From assembly GCA_019638085.1 (NCBI GenBank), contig JAHBUL010000014.1:4472-68471 (forward strand): a stretch of DNA of 64,000 nucleotides, given 5' to 3'. Under the pieces are notes generated by a model that ran no database searches, was not told where the DNA came from, and saw nothing but the letters and a program-made list of their open reading frames with translations. Position numbers and translations under genes: made by a program. Position 1 is the first letter of the stretch. Every line of letters begins with the position of its first letter. Below, piece after piece: positions 9,831 through 17,954 of this stretch. The stretch is from Flavobacteriales bacterium (GTDB taxonomy: Bacteria; Bacteroidota; Bacteroidia; Flavobacteriales_F; PHOS-HE28).

Positions 9831-10898
9831 TCAGGCGATGCGTAGCTCGTTCTCCACTTCTTTCACCAGGCCCGCCCACTCAGGAAGTTCGGGGATGCCG
9901 GGCTTGCGCTTTCCGAAGAACTGCACCACCAACACACCGTTCTTGTCGAAGCATTCGATGGCGGTTACCATGCCATCCACGCTCGGCTTGCGCACCACCC
10001 AGCTCTCGGTGATCGCTCCTTCGCGCACGTGCATGTTGAAATCGGGATCTATCACATTGAACCATTCGGGCACATCCACCAGATTCGTTACGGTACCGGT
10101 ATGGATCTGGATCATTCCCTTGTTGCCAATGAAGACCATGATGGGAAACTGCTGCTTGGCTGCACGCGTCACGATCTCCCGCATGGCGTTGTTGCTCAGC
10201 TTGGTGCTGAATCCTTCGGGCGCCAATCGCAGGGCTTGTGTGCGGCTAACGTGGTATTTGCGCGTCATGCCATAGAAGTCGTGCGTATCCTTCATTGCTT
10301 TCCACTCGGCACGGAAGCCTTCGGCATCGATCTCGGCATCGGGCTTCTCCGTCGGCTCCTCAGGCCAGGGCTTCACTGCTTGCACTTTGCTCTGGTCATC
10401 ATTGCGGTACTGCTCGATCAAGCCTTCAAAAGCGGTCACATTGCTTTCCGGCAACAGGTAGACCTTGTGTACGGCCTCCCCATCCTTGGCGAAGAACTGC
10501 AAGCTGCGGCGCGGGCCATTCTTGCCATCTTCCACCACGGCGAAGGCCGAGTTCCAAGGCCCCCAGAAGATGCGCAGATCGATATCCTCGCCCACGAACA
10601 GTCCCACGTGCTGCTCGGTGAGGGACGGGTTCAGGTATTCCCCGTTGCGCTCATGCACGGCATCATTGTTTCGTGAAAGGGCCATTACGCGCCCCAGCTT
10701 AGGGATCTCCGCCATCAGCCCACGAAAGTCCGGAAGTAGCCGCGTAACTCCGTCACCGATTCGTAATACCAGCAATTCCACTTCGCTTACCCCCAATTCG
10801 GTGGCAGCATTGCGGATGCGTGTCTTCGGCTTGGCGGCCATGAGTTCATCAAAACGTTGTTGCAGATCGGCGTTGGTCACGGTCGTGGTTTCCATCAT
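9831..10898 (-). CDS. hemS: HemS/ChuS/HmuS-family hemin-degrading or heme-chaperone protein
   Basis: About 355 aa with the two-repeat architecture typical of ChuS/HemS/ShuS. It lies immediately downstream of the ABC importer genes. Confidence 0.7.
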   Translation of the reverse strand: MMETTTVTNADLQQRFDELMAAKPKTRIRNAATELGVSEVELLVLRIGDGVTRLLPDFRGLMAEIPKLGRVMALSRNNDAVHERNGEYLNPSLTEQHVGLFVGEDIDLRIFWGPWNSAFAVVEDGKNGPRRSLQFFAKDGEAVHKVYLLPESNVTAFEGLIEQYRNDDQSKVQAVKPWPEEPTEKPDAEIDAEGFRAEWKAMKDTHDFYGMTRKYHVSRTQALRLAPEGFSTKLSNNAMREIVTRAAKQQFPIMVFIGNKGMIQIHTGTVTNLVDVPEWFNVIDPDFNMHVREGAITESWVVRKPSVDGMVTAIECFDKNGVLVVQFFGKRKPGIPELPEWAGLVKEVENELRIA

Positions 10899-10938
10899 TT
10901 TTGTCGGGTTGATGCCGGGTCGGGAAGATCTTCCGTTC

Positions 10939-11832
10939 CTAGCGGTCGTGTGTGTTTTGATGCGCGAGATCCCGCGCGTTTACAGGAGAAAAATCCCGGG
11001 TCCCCGGGTAAGTGTCCACGGTGCTTTCCAGCTCGCCCTTGCGGAATGATCCATCGAAAAACACCAGCGGGCATGAATGGCAAGGATGCGGCATCACTTG
11101 GGCGTTCAATCCATAGGCCTCGGTAAGGATGGGCGCGGTGAGCACCTCGTCCGGTGCGCCGGAAGCAGTAATGCGAGAGGCCTTCATCAGGATGATGCGA
11201 TCAGCATACTGAGCCGCCATGTTCACATCGTGCAGCACGGCCAGCACGCAATGGCCTTCCTTGGCGAAGGACCGGGCGGCGTGCATCAGCGCGTGTTGGT
11301 GGCGGATATCGAGGTCGTTCAGCGGCTCATCCAGCAGGAGAATGCGTGTGCCGGGTGCCGCATTGTCCACCTGGGTGAAGGCGCGTGCGATATGTGTGCG
11401 CTGCTGTTCGCCTCCCGAAGTGGTGTCGAGCACTCGGGCGCGCAAGGGATCCAGCAATGCGGTTTGCACGGCGCGGTCCACTGCTTCCAGATCACTGGCG
11501 GCCGGGGTATTACCATAGTATGGGTAACGCCCCATGCGCACCACCTCTTCCACGGTGAAGGCAAGGCCCATGGCATTGTGTTGGCCGAGCACGGATCGGC
11601 TCTTTGCCAGTTCCTGCGGATCCCTGTCCTGCATAGCAGCACCGTTCCATTGGATACTTCCTTGCTGAAGTGGAAGGTCTCCAGCGAGCAGCCGCAGAAG
11701 TGTGCTTTTGCCTGCCCCGTTCGGGCCCAGCAGCACAACCAGTTCACCGGGTTCCACAGCGAAGGTCACATCGTGCAACAAGCACTTGCGATCGCGCTGG
11801 GCGTGCCATGTAAGTTGATGGACCTTCAACAT
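10939..11832 (-). CDS. hmuV: Hemin ABC transporter ATP-binding protein (HmuV/FecE family) with a ~40-aa C-terminal extension
   Basis: Walker A GPNGAGKST, an ABC signature and Walker B ILLLDEP. The C-terminal extension contains HPCHSCP, a Cys-Pro motif. Confidence 0.85.
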   Translation of the reverse strand: MLKVHQLTWHAQRDRKCLLHDVTFAVEPGELVVLLGPNGAGKSTLLRLLAGDLPLQQGSIQWNGAAMQDRDPQELAKSRSVLGQHNAMGLAFTVEEVVRMGRYPYYGNTPAASDLEAVDRAVQTALLDPLRARVLDTTSGGEQQRTHIARAFTQVDNAAPGTRILLLDEPLNDLDIRHQHALMHAARSFAKEGHCVLAVLHDVNMAAQYADRIILMKASRITASGAPDEVLTAPILTEAYGLNAQVMPHPCHSCPLVFFDGSFRKGELESTVDTYPGTRDFSPVNARDLAHQNTHDR

Positions 11833-11833
11833 T

Positions 11834-12880
11834 TCAGGCGAATTGCAGGTTGCGTTTGCCGCGGATCAGGAGATAGAGGAAAACAGGCGCACCACACAAG
11901 GCCGTGATCACGCCAATAGGTACTTCGGCAGGTGCGGCCACGGTGCGTGCAATGGTATCGGCCAATACGAGCAGCACGGCACCTCCCAGTGCGGAGGCGG
12001 GCAGTAGGAAGCGATTATCAGCCCCTCCGGCCAAGCGCAGCATGTGCGGCACCACCAATCCCACAAAGCCGATCACGCCACACAACGCCACCGTGGCCCC
12101 CACCATCAGGGCGGTGCAAAGCACCACGCGGCGCTTCATCGCCTCGGCATTCACCCCGATGTGGCGGGCTTGGTCCTCGCCAAGCGCCAGCGCGTTCAAC
12201 GGCTTGTGCATCCGGAGCAGGATGATCAATGGGATGGGCACGGCGATCAGCAGCACCCATACGGCATTGAGGTCTGCGCCGCCCAAGCTGCCGAGCATCC
12301 AGAACACGATGCTGCGCAATTGGGCATCGTTGGCGGTGAAGGTGAGCAGGCCGGTGAGTGCTCCGGTGAGCGCGGCAATGGCCACCCCGGCCAGCAGCAT
12401 GGCGGCCACGTTGGTACGGCGTCCTTCGCGCGCAATGCCGAAAACAAGAAAGGTGGTGCCCACGGCACCGGCAAAGGCCGCCAATGGTAGGGCCAGGGTA
12501 CTGGCCCATCCTCCGAAGACCACGTTGGCCCAATGCGTCATCACGATGGCCACTGCCGCCATCAACGCGGCACCGGAGGAGATACCGATGATGGAAGGGT
12601 CCGCCAGCGGGTTGCGGAAGAGTGCCTGCATGGCGGTACCACCTGCTGCCAGTGCGGCACCTGCCAGCAGTGCCACCATGATGCGGGGCATGCGAACGAC
12701 CATCAGCACGGCCTGTTGCATATCGGTGTGTTCGCCCCAGGAAAAACCCAGGCCAGCGGCAATGGACGAGAGGAAGGCACCGGGTGCGATGTGGACCGCA
12801 CCTGCTTGTACAGCCACCAGTACCGCAAGGATCAGCAAGGTCCAGAGGACCGCGATGATGATGCGCTGCTTGACGCTCAT
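11834..12880 (-). CDS. hmuU: Hemin/siderophore ABC permease (FecCD family)
   Basis: About 348 aa, polytopic and Gly/Ala-rich FecCD-type. It overlaps hmuT by 4 nt. Confidence 0.85.
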   Translation of the reverse strand: MSVKQRIIIAVLWTLLILAVLVAVQAGAVHIAPGAFLSSIAAGLGFSWGEHTDMQQAVLMVVRMPRIMVALLAGAALAAGGTAMQALFRNPLADPSIIGISSGAALMAAVAIVMTHWANVVFGGWASTLALPLAAFAGAVGTTFLVFGIAREGRRTNVAAMLLAGVAIAALTGALTGLLTFTANDAQLRSIVFWMLGSLGGADLNAVWVLLIAVPIPLIILLRMHKPLNALALGEDQARHIGVNAEAMKRRVVLCTALMVGATVALCGVIGFVGLVVPHMLRLAGGADNRFLLPASALGGAVLLVLADTIARTVAAPAEVPIGVITALCGAPVFLYLLIRGKRNLQFA

Positions 12881-13734
12881 GGCATGGTTGCCGCGCGGAG
12901 GTCTTTGTTCAATTCGGTCACGGCTTCGCCCACTCGCGGGCCGAATCCGGCCATTACCACGGGTTGCAGTGTTATGAATGCTTGATCGCGGCCTGCGCTG
13001 GTGCTGGCCATTCCCGGCACACGCATCAGCGCCTCATTTCCTTGCAGGTGTTCCTGACCGGTATTGAAGAGCAGCACCACATCCGGATCAGCAGCCACTA
13101 AGGCTTCGGGGGTCAGGGGTTTGAAGTCCGAGAAGCCGGAGATGGCATTGGTACCCCCGGCCAGCCCGATCAATGCTTGGATCGGCGTTCCCTCACCCGC
13201 CACCAGCAAGGTGCCCGCACCGCGAGCGTAAATGAAGAGGACCTTGGGAGCCGGCTGCAATGGCACTACAGCCGCAAGGCCCTCTTCGATGGCATCCACG
13301 ATCTTACGGGACTCCACAGTACGATGCAGCGAATCAGCGATCCGGATGATCAATTCCTTTGTGCCGGCAATGTTGTTTCGGGGCGCGAAGAGCATCAATC
13401 GGATGCCAGCTTGGCGGATCTGGCCCTCCACGGCAGGGTCCAACTGCCCCTCGTTCGCCAGCACCAGGTCCGGCGAAAGCGATAGGATGCCTTCCGCCCG
13501 GATGGACCGGTCGTGCCCCAGCTTCGGCAAGGCATTCACGGCCTCCGGATACTTGCTCGTCACGTCCGTCCCGACGATACGATCTTCCAGCCCGATGGCG
13601 GCGACGATCTCAGTAAGCGTACCGTTCAGAGTAATGATCCGCTGCGGCTCTACCTGTACTGTGGCTGTTTCTACAGTAGGAGCCGTGCAACCGGTCGCCA
13701 AGGCGAGCAGAAATAACCCAAGAAGCGCGCGCAT
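12877..13734 (-). CDS. hmuT: Periplasmic heme-binding lipoprotein of the ABC importer (HmuT/ChuT-like, class III substrate-binding protein)
   Basis: Lipobox LALATGC. The size (~285 aa) and context fit a HmuT/TroA-fold binding protein. Confidence 0.75.
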   Translation of the reverse strand: MRALLGLFLLALATGCTAPTVETATVQVEPQRIITLNGTLTEIVAAIGLEDRIVGTDVTSKYPEAVNALPKLGHDRSIRAEGILSLSPDLVLANEGQLDPAVEGQIRQAGIRLMLFAPRNNIAGTKELIIRIADSLHRTVESRKIVDAIEEGLAAVVPLQPAPKVLFIYARGAGTLLVAGEGTPIQALIGLAGGTNAISGFSDFKPLTPEALVAADPDVVLLFNTGQEHLQGNEALMRVPGMASTSAGRDQAFITLQPVVMAGFGPRVGEAVTELNKDLRAATMP

Positions 13735-13739
13735 CCGGG

Positions 13740-14981
13740 TTAGTCGATCACCAGCTTAGCGGTGGTATTTAAGTGGTTGGCCTCAATGCGGATCACATAC
13801 ACTCCCTTGGAGAGAGCGCTTACGTCGAGGCTGCGGTTGCTGAGGCCGGTAAGTCCGCTCCAGTGCTGTTCCAGCATTTGCTGGCCCGTGGTATTGAACA
13901 CGCGGACGGTGCCTTCGGAAGCGGGAATGTCCACGATCACTTGAGCTTGTCCATTGCTGACCGGGTTCGGATATACCAGCAGGGTGCCTTGTTGCACAAC
14001 ATTTTCCCCGATCCCCACAGTGCTAACCATCTCTTGGGTGAAGGTCATGTTTCCGTTCCCGCTGCCACCGTAGCCGGTGAAGATCACCTTCCAGATGTTG
14101 CCGGGTATGTCCTTCACGAAGTAGGTGCGATCAGCGGCGATGGTATAGACACCTTGGCCCATATCATAGGTTTTCCAGTCGGAGCCGATGATGTTCATAT
14201 GCGTACTGAACGTACCGGGGAACCATTCGGCATCAGCCGTAGGTACTCCATCTACTTGCAGCGCGGTCACGTTCTTGTTCTGGAGCACCCCGCTCACCGG
14301 ATAGGCCGTGGGAACAAAGCCGGTGTACTTGGTAAAGAGCAGGTCCCAATTCACGGTGAGCGGCTCACGGTCCAGCGTGGAATTGGAAGCGAAGGAGTAA
14401 TAACCGAAGTTCTTACCGGTGAATCCGGACTTGGTCAGTGTAGCATCATGGCTGTCCGTACCGTCCAAATTGGCATAGGTGAAGTCATACACGCCATTGG
14501 CCAAGGAGTTGATGCGGAGCTTCCTCCACGTGCTGTCCGGGGACATGATCGCATAGATGCGCGTTCCTGCGATCACGTGTGTAGCTTGGTTGTAGTTGCC
14601 CCAGCCCACGTTGAATCCTTGTGGATCATCCAAATTATTGCCATGGTTCAATGCACTTACGGTCCATGCAGTGTCGGCATTTTCCACACGTGTCCAGTTG
14701 TCCACGTCCACCGTCACCAAGTTATCCCACTGGGCAATGGCCGTGGGAGTTTCATATACCACCAAGCCCTTGGCCGTGTTCACGCGAATGGAGGATGAAA
14801 AACCCACCATTTCAAAGGCCAAGTCCCATTCTGCCAAGGGCGCACTGTCCACTTCTCCGTTCAGGAGGCTGTACCACACCTGCTCACTATTGGCCGCAGC
14901 GGTGGAAACGGTTACCGATGTTTGGGCCTGCATGGGCGCTATCAGGAGCACAGTGAAGAGCGTGAGGAGTATTTTTTTCAT
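13740..14981 (-). CDS. HmuY-like domain protein fused to a T9SS C-terminal sorting domain (candidate secreted or surface hemophore)
   Basis: Signal peptide MKKILLTLFTVLLIAPMQAQ with the ATG at 14981. The N-terminal ~300 aa align block-wise with the 6551-7525 lipoprotein (EWDLAFE; IGSDWKTYDMGQGVYTIAADRTYFVKDIPGNIWKVIF). The C-terminus (LLVYPNPVSNGQAQV...GVYVIRIEANHLNTTAKLVID) is a Por_Secre_tail/T9SS type-A C-terminal domain. It is the first gene of the operon. Confidence 0.65.
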   Translation of the reverse strand: MKKILLTLFTVLLIAPMQAQTSVTVSTAAANSEQVWYSLLNGEVDSAPLAEWDLAFEMVGFSSSIRVNTAKGLVVYETPTAIAQWDNLVTVDVDNWTRVENADTAWTVSALNHGNNLDDPQGFNVGWGNYNQATHVIAGTRIYAIMSPDSTWRKLRINSLANGVYDFTYANLDGTDSHDATLTKSGFTGKNFGYYSFASNSTLDREPLTVNWDLLFTKYTGFVPTAYPVSGVLQNKNVTALQVDGVPTADAEWFPGTFSTHMNIIGSDWKTYDMGQGVYTIAADRTYFVKDIPGNIWKVIFTGYGGSGNGNMTFTQEMVSTVGIGENVVQQGTLLVYPNPVSNGQAQVIVDIPASEGTVRVFNTTGQQMLEQHWSGLTGLSNRSLDVSALSKGVYVIRIEANHLNTTAKLVID

Positions 14982-15155
14982 GATGCCGCAAAGGACCGGA
15001 CCAAGTGGTGGTTCCACCATACCCTGATCGTGGTATTCAGCCTCCCACTTTGTCATGGAAGTGTCCAGTGAAACGCTCCTCCGGACCCCCAAGAGCTGTG
15101 AACGTCGGCAAACGCGCAGATGCATTCCTTAACATTGTGCTTCCGCCCATCGAAC

Positions 15156-16520
15156 ATGCGCCGCCGTACCCTTGGAACCCTTGTCCTACTGGGCTTTATG
15201 AGCCTGGCGGGCGTGGTGTTCACACAAGTGATGTGGCTGAAGCGTGCCCAACAGTACGAGCATGAGCAGGTGGCCTTGCAACAGCAACAACAGCAGCAGT
15301 TGGACAAGCAGTTCAACGACCGGGTCACCATAGCGCTCACCGAGGTCACGGAGCGGATCCTTTCCATCACCAAGGACCCCAGCGACCTCTTCGATGCCGT
15401 GAAGCAGGAACGGCCCAACTATTTCGCTGTCACCATCAATGACACCATCCACCCCTACTTACTGGAAGCCTTGCTGGAGCAGGAGTTCAAGCGGCGCAAC
15501 ATCAACGACGATTTCGAGTACGGGATCTACGATTGCTTCACCGACAGCATCGTGTACGGCAACTACGTAAGCCTGAGCGACAGCGTGCGCACCGATAGTG
15601 CACGGCACAGCCAGCTGCTCAAGTTGGACAAGGACGGGCACTACTTCGGGGTCTATTTCCCACGCCGGACCAGCTCCCTTTGGACGCCAGGTCGTGAAGG
15701 GACCATCAATTGGATCTATCCGGCCGTGGTCTCCTTCATCATGTTCGCCTTCTTTGCGTACAGCATGTGGGTGATCCTCCGCCAGAAGCGCTTGGGCGAG
15801 ATGAAAAACGACTTCATCGGCAATATGACCCACGAACTGAAGACGCCGATCAGCACCATAGCGCTCAGCAGTGAAGTGCTCTCCGATCCGGAGATCATCA
15901 AGGAACCCGAACGCCTACGGAACTACGCACGGATCATCCACACCGAGAACGAACGGCTGCGGCAACAAGTGGAACGTGTTCTTCAGCTAGCCACCTTGGA
16001 TAATGGCGGTAGCGATCTGCACATGGAAGCATTGGACATCCATGAACTTCTGGAGGATACGCGGAATTCCTTCACAGTACTGCTCCAGGAACGTTTCGGC
16101 ACTTCCTCCATGAACCTGCAGGCCACCGATCACTTCGTAAAAGGCGATCGCATCCATGTGGGCAACATCCTGTTCAACCTAGTGGACAATGCCGTGAAGT
16201 ATTCCAAGGATAAACCCGTAGTGGAGATCAGTACCCGCAATGAGCATGGCAACCTGCTGATCACCGTATCGGACAAGGGCATCGGCATGCGCAAGGAGGA
16301 CCTCCGCAACATCTTCGAACGATTCTTCCGGATCCATACGGGGAATGTCCATGATGTGAAGGGATTCGGACTTGGCCTGCATTATGTAGCGGAAATGGTG
16401 CGCGCCCATGGTGGCAAGGTTCATGTGGAAAGCACCTATGGACAGGGAAGCACCTTTACACTTGTATTCCCGGCGATACGAAAACCGGAAAATCAAAAGC
16501 CAGATGAAGAACGAGACTGA
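15156..16520 (+). CDS. Sensor histidine kinase (HisKA + HATPase), divergent from the heme operon
   Basis: H-box HELKTPISTI plus N/G1/G2 boxes (NLVDNAVKYS, DKGIGM, GFGLGL). It has an N-terminal TM segment and a poly-Q linker (QQQQQQQ). The first in-frame start is at 15120 and the second at 15156. Confidence 0.8.
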   Translation: MRRRTLGTLVLLGFMSLAGVVFTQVMWLKRAQQYEHEQVALQQQQQQQLDKQFNDRVTIALTEVTERILSITKDPSDLFDAVKQERPNYFAVTINDTIHPYLLEALLEQEFKRRNINDDFEYGIYDCFTDSIVYGNYVSLSDSVRTDSARHSQLLKLDKDGHYFGVYFPRRTSSLWTPGREGTINWIYPAVVSFIMFAFFAYSMWVILRQKRLGEMKNDFIGNMTHELKTPISTIALSSEVLSDPEIIKEPERLRNYARIIHTENERLRQQVERVLQLATLDNGGSDLHMEALDIHELLEDTRNSFTVLLQERFGTSSMNLQATDHFVKGDRIHVGNILFNLVDNAVKYSKDKPVVEISTRNEHGNLLITVSDKGIGMRKEDLRNIFERFFRIHTGNVHDVKGFGLGLHYVAEMVRAHGGKVHVESTYGQGSTFTLVFPAIRKPENQKPDEERD

Positions 16521-17217
16521 ACCGGGGGCCAAAGGAACCCTGCTGCTGGTGGAAGATGACGAGAACCTGGGCTTCGTTGTGCAGGACTCGTTGAGACGAC
16601 GCGGCTATGCCGTGCATTTATTCCGTGATGGCAAGGAGGGCCTACAGCATTTCAACCGGAATAAGTATGACCTCTGCCTGTTGGATGTCATGCTTCCCCA
16701 TAAGGATGGCCTGAGCCTGGCAGAGGATATCCGCCTTACCGACAACCGCACGCCCATCATCTTCCTAACGGCCAAAAGCCAGACCGAGGACCGCATCGCC
16801 GGTTTCAAGGCCGGTGGCGACGACTATATCACCAAGCCTTTCAGCCAAGAGGAGCTTGTGTTGCGCATAGAAGCCATCCTGCGGCGCACACAGAACAAAG
16901 GGCAGGATCAACGTGATCGCGATGTGTTCCACCTCGGCGATTTCGTCTTCGACGATAAGAACAAGACACTCACCCACCCGGAAGAAACGCGACGCCTCAC
17001 CAAGAAGGAAGCAGCGGTGCTCCGGCTGTTGAGCATGCATCAGGACCAAGTGCTTCCCCGAGAGCTGTTACTGAACATGGTCTGGGGTGATGACAGTTAT
17101 TTTCTTGGGCGCAGCCTCGATGTGTTCATCAGCCGCCTTCGGAAATACCTGCGCTACGACGAGAAGGTGCGCATTGTGAATGTACACGGCGTGGGTTTCA
17201 AGATGCAGGTGGATTAG
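16504..17217 (+). CDS. OmpR-family response regulator (REC + winged-helix)
   Basis: LLLVEDDENL...D52-like LLDVMLP...KPF. The C-terminus has an OmpR winged helix. The ATG at 16504 overlaps the HK stop by 17 nt. Confidence 0.85.
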   Translation: MKNETEPGAKGTLLLVEDDENLGFVVQDSLRRRGYAVHLFRDGKEGLQHFNRNKYDLCLLDVMLPHKDGLSLAEDIRLTDNRTPIIFLTAKSQTEDRIAGFKAGGDDYITKPFSQEELVLRIEAILRRTQNKGQDQRDRDVFHLGDFVFDDKNKTLTHPEETRRLTKKEAAVLRLLSMHQDQVLPRELLLNMVWGDDSYFLGRSLDVFISRLRKYLRYDEKVRIVNVHGVGFKMQVD

Positions 17218-17352
17218 ATCTGCGAAAAGACCAGGGTGCCAGCCATACGGCGGGAACGAATTCCGGGAATCACTGCTGGAGCGAGCTGGAGGAGCAGCGA
17301 CGACGCACGTTCTTCAACGCACGCCGCCACCGTCCCTACCCTGACCTGTCGC

Positions 17353-17808
17353 TCAGTTCCCGCTGAGCACTTTCTTCACCGCAGCGGCGACGGCACTTCC
17401 ATCCGCCTTACCTGCGATCTTTTCGTTCACTGCCTTCATGGCCCGCCCCATGTCCGCCATGCTGGTGGCTCCGATGTCAGCCAAAGCAATCTTCACGATG
17501 GCGTTCATTTCTGCTTCACTCAACCGCGCGGGCAGGTATGCCTCGATGATCTTGGCCTGTGCATCGTCCTCGGCGGCCAGGTCCTCGCGGCCCTGCTCGT
17601 GGTAGATGGATGCGGCCTCAGTGCGTTGCTTGTGCAGCTTCTGCAGGATCTTCATGGCCGCATCGTCGCTAACCGCGTGCCCGCCTCCCTCCTTGGTCAG
17701 TTCCAACAGGAGCGCGCTCTTGATGGCACGCAGTACGTTCAAGCGGTCCTTGTCCCGTGCCAGCATGGCGGCCTTGATATCGGCGTCTATGCGCTGCTGA
17801 AGTTCCAT
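17353..17808 (-). CDS. GatB/YqeY domain protein
   Basis: A 151-aa protein with the typical YqeY architecture (…AMLARDKDRLNVLRAIKSAL…EAYLP). Confidence 0.8.
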   Translation of the reverse strand: MELQQRIDADIKAAMLARDKDRLNVLRAIKSALLLELTKEGGGHAVSDDAAMKILQKLHKQRTEAASIYHEQGREDLAAEDDAQAKIIEAYLPARLSEAEMNAIVKIALADIGATSMADMGRAMKAVNEKIAGKADGSAVAAAVKKVLSGN

Positions 17809-17954
17809 GGTGATCAGAAAATTAGACGATCAGATGAACAGAAAACCTTGCTTCGCCGAAGCGGCTATGCGAAGGCGCATGGAATGCCTTCCGATACATA
17901 CCGGAACACTTACGAGGCAGTTGCATCACGGATCATCTGATCTACTGGTCGGAT

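Noticed and set aside
11904-12977. 357-aa plus-strand ORF (plus 12018-12533 -, 12044-12490 +) over hmuU
   Set aside because: Ala/Pro/Arg-rich antisense or alternative frames of the FecCD permease gene.
13773-14798. 341-aa plus-strand ORF antisense to the T9SS-HmuY gene
   Set aside because: Shadow ORF with no domain features. The minus-strand gene has a signal peptide, paralog similarity and a C-terminal sorting domain.
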